IMG/VR virus record: IMGVR_UViG_3300032307_000764
Span: 184,192 to 248,191 of that record
Origin: a virus
Lineage: Duplodnaviria; Caudoviricetes
Reading direction: 5' to 3' (one strand)
Length of the DNA stretch: 64,000 nucleotides
In this document: positions 63,354 to 64,000 of the stretch, piece after piece
How the letters are laid out: every line of letters starts with the position of its first letter
Position numbering within the stretch: position 1 is the stretch's first letter
Notes under the pieces: generated by a model
Seen by the model: the letters and a program-made list of their open reading frames with translations, nothing else
Told to the model about the DNA's origin: nothing
Database searches by the model: none
Made by a program: the position numbers and the translations under genes

Positions 63354-64000
63354 ATGGAAAGACAAAGATGGAATAGCTTAGAAGAATTCGGTCAAGCAGC
63401 TTATAAAGCTGCATTAGCTAGAAAAAGTATAGGCGACATTTGTAAAGGACATTGCAGTGGAGCAGTCAAAGGAAAAGTTAGAACATCTGACCCTGAGGGA
63501 TTTACTATACATTCGATTGGTAACAATTATAGCTCAGTTGCCCAATCCTATCTTAATGATAATACCAAAATACAAAAGGTTAGTGCTACTCCTTATGCTC
63601 CATCTTCTGTTGATTGCAGGGGTAATATTACTGTTACTGAAACAATCAGCAATGTTAATTGGACATACTTTAAATATGAGGTAACAACTTCAAAAAGCAC
63701 TAGTTTTGGAATTTCAGGGGAGGGTGAATATGAAGGTGCAACTTTAAGCGGTGATTATAATCAGCAAAACGGTAAGACCACAGATAAGGTAGACGAGGGA
63801 TCTTCTTATAAAGCACAATCCATGACCATTACAATTGGACCGGATGCTGGAATTGTTGATTTTTATGTTAACAATTATATCTGTAGTGATAACCCAACAT
63901 TGGATGTTAATTATGATTTTGATACGATAAACATAAAGGCTGTTTGTACATACAAAGATAAAAATACGGGTGTCAAGTTTTTAGGAGGAAAGAAAGAGCA
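63354..64000 (+). CDS. 3'-truncated ORF with aerolysin/ETX-MTX2-like beta-pore-forming signature (not in ORF track)
   Basis: Open for 215 codons to the window end; EVTTSKSTSFGISGEGEYEGATLSGDYNQQNGKTT...SMTITIGP. Confidence 0.5.
   Translation, partial: MERQRWNSLEEFGQAAYKAALARKSIGDICKGHCSGAVKGKVRTSDPEGFTIHSIGNNYSSVAQSYLNDNTKIQKVSATPYAPSSVDCRGNITVTETISNVNWTYFKYEVTTSKSTSFGISGEGEYEGATLSGDYNQQNGKTTDKVDEGSSYKAQSMTITIGPDAGIVDFYVNNYICSDNPTLDVNYDFDTINIKAVCTYKDKNTGVKFLGGKKE

Noticed and set aside
2601-63684. Antisense or nested track ORFs (e.g. 2601-2867, 2821-3264, 3902-4138, 13401-13721, 15106-15396, 19045-19398, 34213-34662, 54465-54758, 60041-60406, 63457-63684)
   Set aside because: They overlap better-supported genes or repeats on another frame or strand, and lack promoter or leader context and recognisable motifs.
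1-64000. Genome-wide TAG recoding (code 15)
   Set aside because: Long conserved genes have no internal TAG, and TAG is a terminal stop directly before promoters (e.g. 32351, 49571). Only the PTH2-like gene shows an in-frame TAG.
1-64000. Bacterial chromosome or NCLDV origin
   Set aside because: No housekeeping operons; the many short ORFans, bacterial terminators, Bacteroidetes promoters, endolysin and capsid-tag-like family fit a large bacteriophage.

Overview
This AT-rich, densely coding window looks like part of a very large lytic phage that probably infects Bacteroidetes. Support: TAnnTTTG promoter elements, A-rich leaders without SD motifs, a Bacteroidetes-type RpoD and a T9SS cargo protein. 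No core virion or replication genes are present apart from a Dda-like helicase. Layout: (i) 1-8.7 kb is a modular array of small genes, each unit built as terminator / GRGGAACCCC junction repeat / fixed-spacing promoter / 1-3 ORFs. (ii) 8.7-9.6 kb is a non-coding, repeat-rich boundary that could be an origin or genome end. (iii) 9.6-38 kb is a mixed accessory region with many GATATATAA-promoter genes starting MKHIKLFE-like, five DUF1566-like paralogs, two LamG proteins, a sugar-modification cluster, ferritin, pirin, an HNH nuclease and RpoD. (iv) 38.3-42.4 kb is a minus-strand translation/tRNA block: an atypical tRNA with a CUA anticodon behind its own early promoter, a second tRNA-like RNA, a Thg1-like polymerase, and a PTH2-like gene whose natural start reads ATG-AAA-TAG. 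This amber-gated peptidyl-tRNA hydrolase is the strongest candidate for a new system. (v) 42.4-50.7 kb holds nucleic-acid and protein metabolism genes. (vi) 50.7-59.3 kb is a minus-strand secreted/outer-membrane module (T9SS cohesin-dockerin protein, CsgG-like lipoprotein, beta-barrel, lectin, nuclease, peptidase). (vii) 60-64 kb has a GH19 endolysin, YceI, a complete histidine kinase/receiver pair, a holin-like 2-TM protein and a truncated aerolysin/ETX-like ORF. All family calls come from motif recognition by eye; no searches were run.
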